Positions 50,201 through 64,000 of a DNA stretch of 64,000 bases are shown here, in pieces. Position 1 is the stretch's first letter. Each line of letters opens with the position of its first letter. Made by a program: the position numbers and the translations under genes. The notes under the pieces are model-generated. The model made no database searches. It was given only the letters and a program-made list of their open reading frames with translations, and was not told the DNA's origin. The DNA is from Octopus bimaculoides (lineage: Eukaryota): positions 49,838,545-49,902,544 of the forward strand of contig NC_068992.1 in NCBI RefSeq assembly GCF_001194135.2, given 5' to 3'.

Positions 50201-51104
50201 ACCTTTAGTGAAGTCCACTCTGTTGCAAGCATTTGGGCCAGGAATCTACTTTAAGGATACCTTCCTTCCTGCTTCTTACCAGTTTCAAGGGCCCTGTAAT
50301 GGATCATGAGTACTGCCATTCCCTCCTAACAAAAAGGTCTAAAAAAATTGTGATTAGAACCATTTGTAGCCTAGATATTGAACAAAATTCATTTTATCCC
50401 ATTAATGGCATTGTTGTGGCTTTTACAGCGTGATAATCCTTTCATTTAGTTAACAATACTTTAAGGAAATTACTATAAAACACATTAAATACAACGTATG
50501 GAGTCTCAAAAGATCAGCTTTTTTTTAATTACTGTGTCAATCAAGTGCACAAATGCAACAAGCAACAGCTATCAAAGGTGGTGGATCTGATTTTAAAATG
50601 TACATCACTGCTTTGTTGTTTTGTTGCTGTAGTTATTTAGCCTCAGGTTAGCTTGGATTGAACAGAACTATGATCAAAGGCTTTCTATTCTAATTGTCAC
50701 CATACCATCTTTTTATTTACTTAGGACTATATTGTCCAATGTGTCTTCCATTTTCAAGAGAGTAGACTTGATATGAATTGGTTTAGCTGTTATTTCTTGC
50801 AACTTGAGTAACCATATAGAGACACCACTGATTTTATTTAAAAACAAAAAAGCAGGAGGAGAAAGTTGACAGTCATCTCTAAACAAAGACTATTGTGAAT
50901 TCACAAACTGAGGTAGGTTTCACAACATCAATAAGACCCTTTAACATAATACAATGCTGTATTTTCTGGTATACAAGTCAGCATAGTATATAGTATAAAT
51001 ATTCAAATATTGTCATTTTTTTTTTCTCCCAAATCTTGCTGCATTTCACATAAAATATTTGGTCCTCCATACATACATACATACATACATACATACATAC
51101 ATCC

Positions 51105-51440
51105 ATCAATGGAAGAGCCTGGCAATCCATCAGTTACAATGACAAGGGTACCAGTTGATCCGATCAATGGAACAGCCTGCTCGTGCAATTAACATGCAAG
51201 TGGCTGAGCACTCCACAGAAATGTGTAGCCTCAACATAGTACTCAGAGAGATTCAGCATGACACAGAGTGGCAAGGCTGACCCTTTGAAATACAGGTACT
51301 ACTCATTTTTGTCTGCTGAGTAGACTGGAGCAATGTGAAATAAAGTGTCTTGCTCAAGGACACAACGCATCACCAGGAATTGAACTCACAATTGCAAGGT
51401 TGTGAGCCAAATACCCTAACCACTAAACCACATGCCTTCA
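51105..51440 (-). mobile_element. tRNA-derived SINE family F
   Basis: Reverse complement gives TGGTTTAGTGG (A box), GAGTTCAATTCC (B box), and GTGTCCTTGAGCAAGACACTT. Confidence 0.8.
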
Positions 51441-51600
51441 CCTATATGTGTGTGTGTGTGTGTGTGGATGTATATATACATACATGTACAACCTTTGTCT
51501 CTATTCATAGAAGGGTATCATGTTATCTATTTGGAAAAAATGTATGTATGTATGTAGGTAAGTAGGTAGGTAGGTAAGTAGGTAGGTAGATAAGTAAATA

Positions 51601-51835
51601 GGTGAGTTGGCAGAAACGTTAGCACACCGGGCGAAATACCTAGCGGTATTTCGTCTGTCTTTATGTTCTGAGTTCAAATTCCACTGAGGTCAACTTTGAC
51701 TTTCATCCTTTCAGGGTCGATAAATTAAGTACCAGTTGCACACTGGGGTCGATATAATCGACTTAATCCCTTTGTCTGCCCTTGTTTGTCACCTCTATGT
51801 TTAGCCCCTTGTCGGCAATAAAGAAATAAGATAAG
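51601..51835 (+). mobile_element. SINE family B, full length
   Basis: Head, body and long tail as in the 39441-39660 copy. Confidence 0.9.
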
Positions 51836-52520
51836 AAAATAGGTATGTGTGAGTGTGTGTATATGTTTCTGCCTTCTTGCCTTGACATCGCATGAAAGTT
51901 GTAAAAGAGTGTCACTGTCATATAAGCAGTGTTGTTCATTTTCAAAATTCTGCGAGAATGTCTGGCCATGGGGAAGTATTACCTTACTTGGAAACAGGAA
52001 AGGCATTTGGCCAGGGAAAATCTACCTCAATAAACTCTGTTTGCCCCACGCAAGTATGGAAAAGTGAACAATAAAATGATGATGATGGTGGTGGTGGTGA
52101 GGTATATTTTTATTGCCCAACTTGTAAAGTGCCATGTAAAGTGTCTGTTTTGTATCAAATCCCTGATCAATCCTTCTCCTTGCTTTTGTATATATATATA
52201 TTTTTTGTTTGTCTTTTTTTGTGTTTTGGTTGTTCAATGTTCTTGCAAACCCCCTCCTTAGTTTTACGAGTTAGTCTACTGTATGAACGACATTGAATGT
52301 AATTGGACGTAATTCAACGAAAATGAATAAAATTGAATGAAATTACCTTCTGTGGCTAAATAAAGAAAAGAATTTTAACATGATGATGACGATGATCATC
52401 ATAAAATACCCACCACCATCATAATCATCATCATCCCCACCATCATCATCGTCGTCACCACCATCATCATCATCATCGTCACCACCATCATCACCATCAT
52501 CGCCACCACCATCATCATCG

Positions 52521-52553
<33 letters not shown>

Positions 52554-52862
52554 TACCTTTCTTGTTTCTATTTTGAATTCTCTTAATGAAATTTTCAAAT
52601 TAGATAATATTCTAATCAATAAAAATTTGTTTATTTATTTGTTTATTGTTTTTAGTAATAGATTGATAGTCTAATTAAGGCAGATGGAATTATTAATGTT
52701 GGTTATCTTTAACTATTACTGATAGTGTAATTAGAAATAATTAGCTAATTAGCATTGGCAGTGACATCATTTCACACCCATGAAATTTATTCATATATAT
52801 GATACAATACCATGTGACACAGTCACGTGCAAATGGACATATACATACATACCATACATACA

Positions 52863-52895
<33 letters not shown>

Positions 52896-52975
52896 GTATA
52901 TATATATATTCACATATATAAATTTATGTTCATACATATTAACATACATGGACATACATATATATATATATATAT

Positions 52976-53110
52976 ATCATCATTGTTTAACGTCTGCTTT
53001 CCATGCTAGCATGGGTTGGACGATTTGACTGAGGACTGGTGAACCAGATGGCTACACCAGGCTCCAATCTGATTTGGCAGAGTTTCTACAGGTGGATGCC
53101 CTTCCTAATG

Positions 53111-53112
<2 letters not shown>
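52976..53112 (-). mobile_element. Repeat family D, truncated
   Basis: Matches 49858-50000. Confidence 0.8.
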
Positions 53113-53180
<68 letters not shown>

Positions 53181-53596
53181 TAATCACACATTTATATACA
53201 TATATATGCGTGTGTGTATGCATGCATGTATGTATATGTATGTAGTTTAAGATGTTTGGAATATTCCCACAAGTGCCAAAAATGAAGTCAAAACTGTGAG
53301 CTTGAAGCAGCCATGTAGAGATTTCAAATAATATTTTGAAAATGTGTTCAAACAGCCAAGATTTCAAGGGAAAGCAATGCTACGATTACCAGCTAAATGA
53401 TCAGAAATGTATAACTCTGAGTACTAGAAATTGGAACATTTCAGTTATAATGTGCAGTGCAGTGGGATCGAACCTGAAATAATTTTGTTGGGAAGCAAAC
53501 TTCTTATCACACAACTATGTCCGTGCCTACATACAACCACATCTCCACATGGGGGGGGNNNNNNNNNNTATATACATATATATATATATATATATA

Positions 53597-53753
53597 TGAC
53601 AGGCTTCTTTCAGTTTCCGTCTACCAAATCCACTCACAAGGCTTTGGTCGGCCCGAGGCTATAGGAGAAGACACTTGCCCAAGGTGCCACGCAATAGGAC
53701 TGAACCCGGAACCATGTGGTTGGTAAGCAAGCTACTTACCACACAGCCACTCC
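53597..53753 (-). mobile_element. SINE family A head
   Basis: Near-identical to 45639-45802. Confidence 0.9.
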
Positions 53754-53762
53754 TAATATATA

Positions 53763-54181
53763 TCTTTTATTTTTTACTTGTTTCAGTCATTTGACTGCAG
53801 CCATGCTGGAGCACTGCCTTGAACGGTTTTAGTTGAACAAATTGACCCTAGGTACATTTTTGCCAAACTGCAAAATTACAGGGACATAAACACACCACCA
53901 CCAGTTGTCAAGTGATAAAGCGGGACAAACATGGACACAGAGGGTCACACAAGCACGCATAGATATATACATATATTTATATGTATATTTATATATGTAT
54001 ATATTTATGTATATACACAACAGGCTTCTTTCAATTTCCATTTACCATATCCACTCACATGGCTTTCATTGGCTCGAGGCTATAGTAGAAGACACTTGCT
54101 CAAGGTACCATGCAATAGGACTGAACCCAAGAACCATGTGGTTGGGAAGCAAGCTTCTTACCACACAGCCACACCTGCACC
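53763..54181 (-). mobile_element. SINE family A, full length
   Basis: Tail TTTACTTGTTTCAGTCATTTGACTGCAGCCATGCTGG, internal TA tract, and head. Confidence 0.85.
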
Positions 54182-54186
54182 TAAAC

Positions 54187-54241
<55 letters not shown>

Positions 54242-54263
54242 TATATATATACACACATATACA

Positions 54264-54420
54264 TATCATCATCATCATTTAACGTCCGCTTTCCATGCTA
54301 GCATGGGTTGGACGATTTGACTGAGGACTGGTGCAACCGGATGGCTACACCAGGCTCCAGTCTGATTTGGCAGAATTTCTACAGCTGGATGCCCTTCCTA
54401 ACGCCAACCACTCAGAGAGT
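54264..54420 (-). mobile_element. Repeat family D, truncated
   Basis: Matches 49858-50010. Confidence 0.8.
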
Positions 54421-54470
54421 GTATATATATATATACACACACACACATATATATATACACACATACATAC

Positions 54471-54503
<33 letters not shown>

Positions 54504-54508
54504 TATAC

Positions 54509-54539
<31 letters not shown>

Positions 54540-54768
54540 TACATATACACACACACACACACACATACATATACACACACACATACATACACACACACAC
54601 ATACATATACACACACACACATACACACACACATATACACACACACACATATATATATATATACACACACACAAATACATATATATATACACATATATAC
54701 ACACACATACATGTAATATATATATATATATATATATATACATACACACACGCATTTAGGTATGTATG

Positions 54769-54840
<72 letters not shown>

Positions 54841-55193
54841 TATGTGTATCTGCTAAATCCCTGCACTGAGTGTGAATGCATTTGGTAGAGTGAAAAATGT
54901 AGAAAAGTTCTATGTAATTGTCTTTGTGCTTGTTTGCCAATGCTTCATGACCGGTGTTGCCACTTCTTTCTGTAAACAGATGAAATAAGTACTAGAGTAA
55001 ACCATTGAAGATGTTGTTCCGGTATGGGTACACTTTAATGTCTGATACAAGGAAAACAATAACGATTACACATTCTTATACACATACACCATCATAATTA
55101 TCATTGTTTAAAGTCCATCCTCCATGCATGCATGGGTAGGATGGTTGACAGGATCTGGCCAGGCAGAAAAACTACATACATACATACATACAT

Positions 55194-55255
<62 letters not shown>

Positions 55256-55265
55256 NNNNNNNNNN

Positions 55266-55307
<42 letters not shown>

Positions 55308-55761
55308 GCACATATATGTATATGCATATCTATATCTATATATATATATTTGTGTGTGCATGTATATGCATAGGTATATATATGGATGTGTTTGGACAGT
55401 GTATAATACAGATGTGCAAATCTTGACCCTCATGTGATGTCCTTGATATTAAATTACCTTGATACAGATGAATCCTGCAAATAATTGTGCACACACACTT
55501 GTATGTGTTTGTGTGTGTGTGTTGGTATGCATTTGCATGTGTGAGTACCTTGGGGAATTGTAGAATGGATATATATCATACAAAGCATAAATTAACAATG
55601 AAAAAGAATGAATATTCACTAAAAAGTGTGTTAAAACCTTTCAAAAAACAAAAAGGAAGAAAGCATGAGAAGCTCTAGATAAATATCGTAAATAACTGAT
55701 AAGGTTGAATATATGCTGTAGACGATCTTGTAAATAATTTATCTGATCTTGTGAAGAAATG

Positions 55762-55809
<48 letters not shown>

Positions 55810-57249
55810 CTGTATATATATATATATGATTGTATGTGTAAGTGTGCATACTCATATACTCTTTCAGTCTTTTAAAATTTCTGTACATGTATATATGTGT
55901 GTGTGTGTGTGTGTGTGAACTGTGTGTGTGTTTGTGGTGTGTGAGGGTGTGTGTGTATGTGTGTGAGGATATGCATTAACAAAAGGCATCCATTAGCAGC
56001 ATTAGACACCTGGAACAAAGAACTTGACTTGCTGAGTGAGAAAAACAATTGCAGAAACTGTAAAATGTCCGCAGGACAATGCGAATGAGATCTCTTTGTG
56101 TAACTGCGAAATGAGGTGCCTTAAACCAATACCTATAAAGAAGGAGAAGCATTGCGGTTCTTTTGAGTGCAAATACCTTTGAAATTTCATGACATCACAA
56201 CTCTGGGCAGTGCATGAGTATTTAAGGAGGCAACTGTAACCAGTTCTCAGTGTCTCCTACAACTTGTGAATGTCATTTCAGGCCGGCCAATAACAATAAG
56301 CACATGACTTCTGCTAGCCAAGCTGTCTATTAGCAACAACTACAATGTATACCACAGAGAATAATGGAGGTAATTTGAAGGTGAATTGGTGTTAGACAAT
56401 CGACAAGGATCTATATGTAATGAGCAAATGTTTGAATGAAACAATGAAGAATTCAGCTAAATGAACTTGCTTTGTCAGTCTCTTGCTTTGTTAGACATCA
56501 GTAATATCTAAGCCCATATTTAAGATGCAAGCGTACAGAAAATAAGATATAGAAGACTCGGGTATACAGAAGATATAACAGACACAGGCATACAGGAAGC
56601 AGATGATATAATTTTAGGCTAAGAGAACACAGGCACATAGAAAACAAAAAAAAACATAGAAGAATCATACACAGAGAAGATATAAAACACTCAGGTTTAC
56701 AGGAAGAAGATATAGCCTTAGTATAAGAGGACACAGGTATACTGAAGACAGACACCGCAAAGAGTTTGTGCCTGGTGAGATGTGAACCTAACACTCGAAG
56801 AGGACTTTTGTCAGTGTTTTTAAGATATGATAACAAGCTTCTGGCTATAATTCAGTCCAGTTACAAATATGTAAGTCAACTCAACATTGTTACATTCACC
56901 GTCTCATTGTCACACATTTTGTTGTTTCTTATTTCTATTTACAATTCTTATTTGAATGTTGGAACCAATGTAAAACACATCATTATCCGTTTTGTTATTA
57001 CATAAACCAGAATCAGATGTATGCATGTATACTCTGTTCTATCTGAAATCTCTCCTATAAGGAAGAACCATTTCTAACAAAGCCTGAAAAATGTATTGCA
57101 TATTTTTTACTGTTCCACTTACAAATTGTATTTGCAATGTGCAAATTAGATGGTTGATTATTTTACTGGAATACCTAACTGATCCAGTTTATCACTTTGG
57201 CTTTTATTCACAAAATAAAGTGCATCAATTATTATTGTTTAAATATGAA

Positions 57250-57520
57250 TTTATAATATGAATATAGAAATTGGCAGTTTCAAAGCCATTGTTTATATCT
57301 TCTTTCTTTTTGATTTTCAAAGAAATATTCACATCAGTGGGGCAGCTAACCTCTATGACTACATACATTTTCATGATTGTTCTAAACAACAATATCCTGC
57401 TTATTATGTTTACACTTGATAGAAGTTTTGGTGGGAATATTCTGCCAATGTATCTATGTGTGATGTTTCGTTGGGTTTGATTTAAGTTCTTCTTGAGAAA
57501 GTTTAAGCTGGTCGCTAATG
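57250..57520 (-). mobile_element. R4/Dong-type restriction-like endonuclease relic
   Basis: KHNKQDIVV* then, after a frameshift, VVIEVSCPTDVNISLKIKKKED. Confidence 0.6.
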
Positions 57521-57589
57521 AAGTATCAAGATTTTTTGAGCTAAGAGGCTTTCCCAGTGTTTGTGAATATGTATGCATGGATATATGTA

Positions 57590-57620
<31 letters not shown>

Positions 57621-57812
57621 AACAAAGCACATGCATACATACAAAATATATATGTATATACATGCACACATGGGGGGGGGGCAAACACAGACACAGAAAC
57701 ATACACACACACATACATACATATATATATATACGACGCGCTTCTTTCAATTTCCATCTACCAAATCCACTCACAATATGTATATGCATATATGTATGTA
57801 TGTACATGTATG

Positions 57813-57859
<47 letters not shown>

Positions 57860-57867
57860 GGAGAGAG

Positions 57868-57898
<31 letters not shown>

Positions 57899-59021
57899 GA
57901 AAGAGAGAGAGAGAGAGAGAAGTGACTACTATTTATTAGATTGGATTAAGGGACCATGCTGATCTCTCTCTTGTTGAGTCATTCAAGACAGGTTTTAAGA
58001 ATAATGCCCCAGTATTTTTGGAGTGGTTTATAGGATATGTGATGGTCTCAATATTCGTTTTCCATTGTGAACAATAGAGATAAGCGAAGTGCAATACATT
58101 CGAATATAGAATGGAATCTTGGTCTTGGCCTCGCTTTACCAGAGGCTGGCCTGTTGTTCTATGGTGCACATCACCAAGCTGATTAATATTGATTTTTGCC
58201 AAATTAATGGTGATTCGCTAATTAAATCTTATGATATTAATGAGTTTGATAAATATTCGATTATGTAAATTATCCACTTAAGAATAACCAGTCATAATTA
58301 CTATGATATACACACACACACACACGCATAAACAAACTCCTTTCTCTCTATCACTTTCTTACACACATAAGTACACTCATATATACATACAAATACTCAT
58401 GTACCCACATATACAACATATATAAATACATATAATACACGTGCACAAACACACATATATATGCATGTATGTATATATGCATGTATGTATATATCTATGT
58501 ATGTATTAGACCTGCTCTTTTAACATTGTAATTAATGATATTCCAAGATCAGTTTAACTGATAAATCACTTCGATTAGCACATGCCTCTTCTTTATTATC
58601 ATACTTCCTCTATTTTTCTACCTCCCCCCCTCTCCATAATTATTACTATCATTATCATCATTGATATCGGTGTTGTTTTTGTTATCATTATTGCTATCAT
58701 TATTATTCTTTATAAGCATCAGTCAGAAGTTGTATCGCTGCTTTGATGTTGTCTAACTCCAGGGTCAACCCTGATCAAACAAGCCTAAAGTCAAAGTACT
58801 TAAGCCAAGTCTGTCAAGTTTTTTTTTTTATATTCAGCAACTATATACAGTTACATTATCCAATGCGTCCCCTATTTCTAAAAAAACAGAAAAAGGACTA
58901 CAGATTAAGGACTTGTGGCGGTATATATAGGCAGTACAAGGTGTTGATGTAGCTGCATGTATGTTAATACAAGAGTTCATAAGGATATGAAAGAATAAAT
59001 ACAGGATCTATATATTTACTG

Positions 59022-59234
59022 TCTTCTTTTACTTATTTCAGTCATTTGACTGTGGCCATGCTGGAGCACCGCCTTTAGTCGAGCTAATCGATCCCAGGAC
59101 TTATTCTTTGTAAGCCTAGTACTTATTCTATTGGTCTCTTTTGCCGAATCGCTAAGTTAAGGTGACGTAAACACACCAGCAACGGTTGTCAGGCGATGTT
59201 GGGAGGACAAACACAGACAAATAAACATATACAT

Positions 59235-59265
<31 letters not shown>

Positions 59266-59437
59266 CATATATACGAGAGGCTTCTTTCAGTTTCCATCTA
59301 CCAAATCCACCCACAAGGCTTTGGTCAGCCTGAGGCTACAGCAGCAGACACTTGCCCAAGGTGCCACACAGTGAGACTGAACCCAGAACCATGTGGTTGG
59401 TAAGCCAGCTACTTACCACACAGCCACTCCTGCACCT
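59022..59437 (-). mobile_element. SINE family A, best full-length copy (~415 bp)
   Basis: tRNA-like head, internal (TA)/(TG) tract, and tail ...GGCGGTGCTCCAGCATGGCCACAGTCAAATGACTGAAATAAGTAAAAG on the minus strand. Confidence 0.9.
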
Positions 59438-59750
59438 AAAAATATATTTCATTCTTCTTCCAATGGAATCAAATTGTAGAAACTAGCTGAAAGAAATAAT
59501 CTATGCAAGAAAGTTCAGAGACAGGAAATGTAGAACAACAGCTAAGCAGTGGCTTTCAGTCATATCTGCTATAGGGTGTGGAGAAATAGATGGACAGAGC
59601 AACGATGTAGATGGCTCTAAGTTTAATTGACTAAGGAGCGAAAAGCTGGGTTAGCAAGCTTGTTTTTATTAATGGAACGCTAGACATTCTAGAAACTTCC
59701 AAGAGAAACACGGCAAAGCTTCATAACAAGTTACTGTACAAATGTCTGCA

Positions 59751-59782
<32 letters not shown>

Positions 59783-59999
59783 TAATGATACAGTTATCAG
59801 TGATACATCTGTAGTATATAACAAGCTCATTTTATCTGTAATACACTAGGTTTTTGTATTTGCCAATCAGTATTATTTAGAGAAGCAATAAGATATGTAA
59901 ACACAAAAAATATTCCTTCATCTGCTGTGTTTAATAATTCTAACATCAGGTGTGCATATACAGTGTAATCATTACTCACTGTTTTGGTTGGAGTGCATT

Positions 60000-60310
60000 G
60001 GTCAGTAGAATGGTAATAGAAGCAGGATGGTGGCAGAGGGTAGGTTAGTGATAGTTGCTAGAGGCAGGGTAGAAGGTAGAAGGATTGTAGAGGATAAAAT
60101 TGGGGATAGATAGTTGAATGATCTTGGGCAGCAAATTGGTGATAAGTGGTAGAATTGTGGTAGACTGCAGATTGATGATAAATGGTAGAACAGTGGTAGA
60201 TGGCAGATGGTGGGAGTTGGTAGAATGGTGGTAGATGGCTGAATGGTGGTAGATGGTAAAATAATGGTAGATGGAAGATGCTGGCAGATTGTAGACTGGT
60301 GGTAGATGGT
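60000..60310. repeat. Degenerate TGGTAGA(A/T)-based minisatellite
   Basis: Repeated tggtagaa/tggtagat units. Confidence 0.7.
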
Positions 60311-60959
60311 ATATCTTTTACTATTTTTAGCTATTCAGCTTTTATATTCTCTTCCATATTTCTAAGTTGTCATTGGTTGACTTTGCCATTTTTATATTTT
60401 GGTTTCCTATCTTTGTCATCATATATATGCACACACACACATACATGCAAACATGTGCAGCTGTGTATGTGTGTGCATGTGCATATCTTTGTGTTTGTCA
60501 CCAACTGGAGTTGCTGTGATTTGATTGGCTAAACCCTTCAGGCAGTGCTTCAGCATGGCCATAGTCAAATGAATGAAACAAGTAAGATAACAAAGAATAA
60601 TACATTTTAGATGTTGGTTATCTATTGATCCTTCATCTTCTCTGAGACAGACCTTATCAATATTCCATATCAGTCTCTGCTTTTACAACTATTTTCTAAA
60701 ATTAAACCAAGTTTTCAGACAGTAGTGATTTTTATTATGTATATGATATTCAAACTCAAAACTGTTTATTTTTCCTAATTCTCTAGTGAGGCCACTCTCT
60801 CTGTCTCTTTGTCTCTCTCTTCCCCACTCACTCTTTCTCTGCTTGCTTCTCTCTTTCTTTATCCCATCTTATTTTATATCACACTAAAATTCTTCCAATC
60901 AATCTTGACTGTTTGTGTTAACTATGCAACTACTAAGACCATCGATGCATTAGTAATAC

Positions 60960-61200
60960 TTAGAAATAAGTAGATGAGAGATTACTGCTCTGATATTGTC
61001 AAAAAAGACAAGATGGTCTCATCTTATACTCTTATTTAAGTGATATGTCCAACAGACAATATAAACATTGTAAAAGTGGCTGTTAAAATCTCTAAAGACC
61101 AGGAAATTGAAATTACCAAGAGCTAGTGCATGGTCACAAGAATAGTCTCTAAAATTACAAGAACATTAGAAGCACAGAGTTGAGATATAATGTAGAGAAC
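60960..61200 (+). mobile_element. R4/Dong-type restriction-like endonuclease relic
   Basis: SDIVKKDK...LI*VICPTDNINIVKVAVKISKDQEIEITK. Confidence 0.5.
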
Positions 61201-61227
61201 CAAAGAACTGGTAGGTAAATCTTATTG

Positions 61228-61545
<318 letters not shown>

Positions 61546-62349
61546 AGGGGACAAACACAAACACACACATACTCACAGATATATATGATGGGATTCTTTC
61601 AGTTTCCATCTACCAAGTCCACTCATAAAGCTTTGGCTGGCCTGGAGTTATTATAAAATACAAAAGCATTGTCCAAGATGGCAATTGAACCAAAGACCAC
61701 TTGGTTGAGAAGCTTTCTTCCCAGCAACACAACAATGTCTGTAACAGTCCTATAGAATAGTTTTATTTCTCCCAAACCATGAAAAAATTATTACAATGGG
61801 TGTAGACATTCTTAGTTTTAGTGAATACCAAACATTTCTTATATAATTCCTGGCTACAACAAAATTCTATTCTGATGCGTTCCTTACTGCAAACATGTTA
61901 TACATCTAACTTCCAGCTTTATCTAACTGGAAAGTTCTCTTTTGTCTTTGAGATTCCATCATTCTATCTTCTGTTCTGATAATTTACACTCAACCAATCT
62001 AAAACTACCGCTAATGTCTACAATTCTTCCCAATTTTCTATTGTTTTTCACAATTTCACTATTTGTGCCAAATCACTGGTCTCCTTTTCCAATTTCTCCA
62101 TTCTTTCATCCAATTATTGCTCTCTCTCTCTCTTTCTCTCCCTCTCTCTCCCTCTTTCTGCCTGTCTGTTTGTCTGTCTATCTGCCTATCTATGTATCTC
62201 GCTCTCTCCTTTTTCTCTTTCTCTCATTTTCTCATTTTCCTTCTCTCTCCCACTATTATCATTACAACAACCACCTTTCTTATTCTTTCCCTCTGACATT
62301 CTTTCTCTACCTATACATGTACACACACATGCATATCTATATACATATT

Positions 62350-62381
<32 letters not shown>

Positions 62382-62708
62382 AATACACACATATAAGTAT
62401 GTATGCATGCATATATCAACAATGTCTCTATATCTCTTTCATCATCATCATCTCTCACACTGCCCATATATACATATATATGTGTGTGTGTGTGTAAACA
62501 TATATACATACACATATATATGCCTAATGTGTGTGCGTGTGTCTTTAAGATTCATAATTCTTATGTTTTGAGTGTATATCAATTCTTGCATGTATATTAG
62601 ATTACTTTATTTTAGCTGTAGTTTCGTGTATTGAGCACTCTGTATCTGTTACATAGAGATATGCTGAAAGATCTATTGGGACACACACACATGTATATAC
62701 ATACATTA

Positions 62709-62755
<47 letters not shown>

Positions 62756-62989
62756 CATAATGCTTACATGCATACACACAAACACTTCTGTATATACTTC
62801 TCAATATATCTCCATTTTTAACAGTCATATTCCCTCCTATTTCAACTCTCAGTTCCACAATCTCAAAAGAATAGAGAGAGAGGGAAGAGGAGAGAGAGGC
62901 AGAGGGAAGAAGAGAAAGAGGGACAGATTAATAAAGGAAGAATTAGATAGTTAGTAAGAGAAAGAAAGAGAGAGAGAGAGAGAGAGAAT

Positions 62990-63046
62990 GCAAACACGTG
63001 TACACCTACACATTCACACATGCTGAAATAAAAACATATATGTGCA

Positions 63047-63082
<36 letters not shown>

Positions 63083-63663
63083 TGCGTGAGTGTGTGTATA
63101 CTTGCATACTTATAGATTGCACACAGAAATATAACTGTGCTCCCACAATCACATATGCACACACATAAGTTCAAACATACACATAGAAACACAGAAGCAG
63201 ATATACACACATAATCTCACACACACACAGAGCATACAATTATATATACATATATATATATATAGTCCCACAGAAATGCACACAGTCTCACACAGAATCA
63301 CACACACATGCAAGTGCACACATACACACATATAGACATTTGCTATATATTATCAATTCTCAGAGCAATATTCTTAACTTCTTTCATGTAAATTAGAATT
63401 ATCGAATTGAAATAATATTTCGAAGACATAATCTGATAAAGCAAAGGCATAGCTTTACTGCACATACACATATGAACATGGACACACACACACACACACA
63501 CTCTCTCTCTCTCACTCTTTCACACATACACATAAACGAATGCACACATGCACACGCACACATACATGCACACATGGTGCTGGTGTTTTAAAGAAGATTT
63601 AAAACAGCAAAGAACATTAAGTGAAACAAATGACTCACTACCAATTTACTTTCTGTCCGTTAA

Positions 63664-63710
<47 letters not shown>

Positions 63711-64000
63711 ATGTATGTGTGTGTGTGTTTGCGTGTGTGTTTGTTTGCGTGTGTGTGTGTGTATGTATGGAATGTTTGTATGTTTGAACGCAAGTAATTT
63801 ATGTATATAATGCAAATACATATACACATTTGTGTGTGTATGTGTGTGTGTGTATATATACACACATGTATATTTTATGCATTATATATGCTAAAAACAT
63901 GTTATATACATATATACATATACATACATACATACATATATATACATACACATATATACATATATATATATACATATATATATATACATATATATATATA
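62990..64000. repeat. Compound CA/TG/TA microsatellite region
   Basis: Direct inspection. Confidence 0.85.

Noticed and set aside
57936-58202. 88-aa non-repetitive minus-strand ORF (similarly 56002-56190)
   Set aside because: No recognisable domain, TTG start, and weak splice signals.

Overview
This is an AT-rich, microsatellite-saturated eukaryotic window with 12 assembly gaps. The tRNA-derived SINE families and the repeat landscape suggest an octopod cephalopod (Octopus sp.); this is an inference, not a database match. Only one host coding element is supportable: the terminal exon (2041-2597, +) of a divergent Cys-loop ligand-gated ion channel of nicotinic acetylcholine receptor type, encoding M3, the intracellular loop and M4. 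Its earlier exons must lie upstream of the window. The remaining ~61 kb is a transposon graveyard: SINEs, RTE/CR1/L1-Tx1/R4-Dong LINE relics, Penelope GIY-YIG relics, and Tc1/mariner, Tigger, hAT and piggyBac pieces. Almost every long ORF in the supplied track is a microsatellite artefact. The best leads are (i) minimal hammerhead-ribozyme-like motifs, one carried by a ~135-bp repeated element and four clustered at 28.6-30.5 kb; (ii) a long hairpin in the receptor's probable 3' UTR that pairs with the first AATAAA; and (iii) several fold-back structures. Coordinates of decayed elements are approximate.
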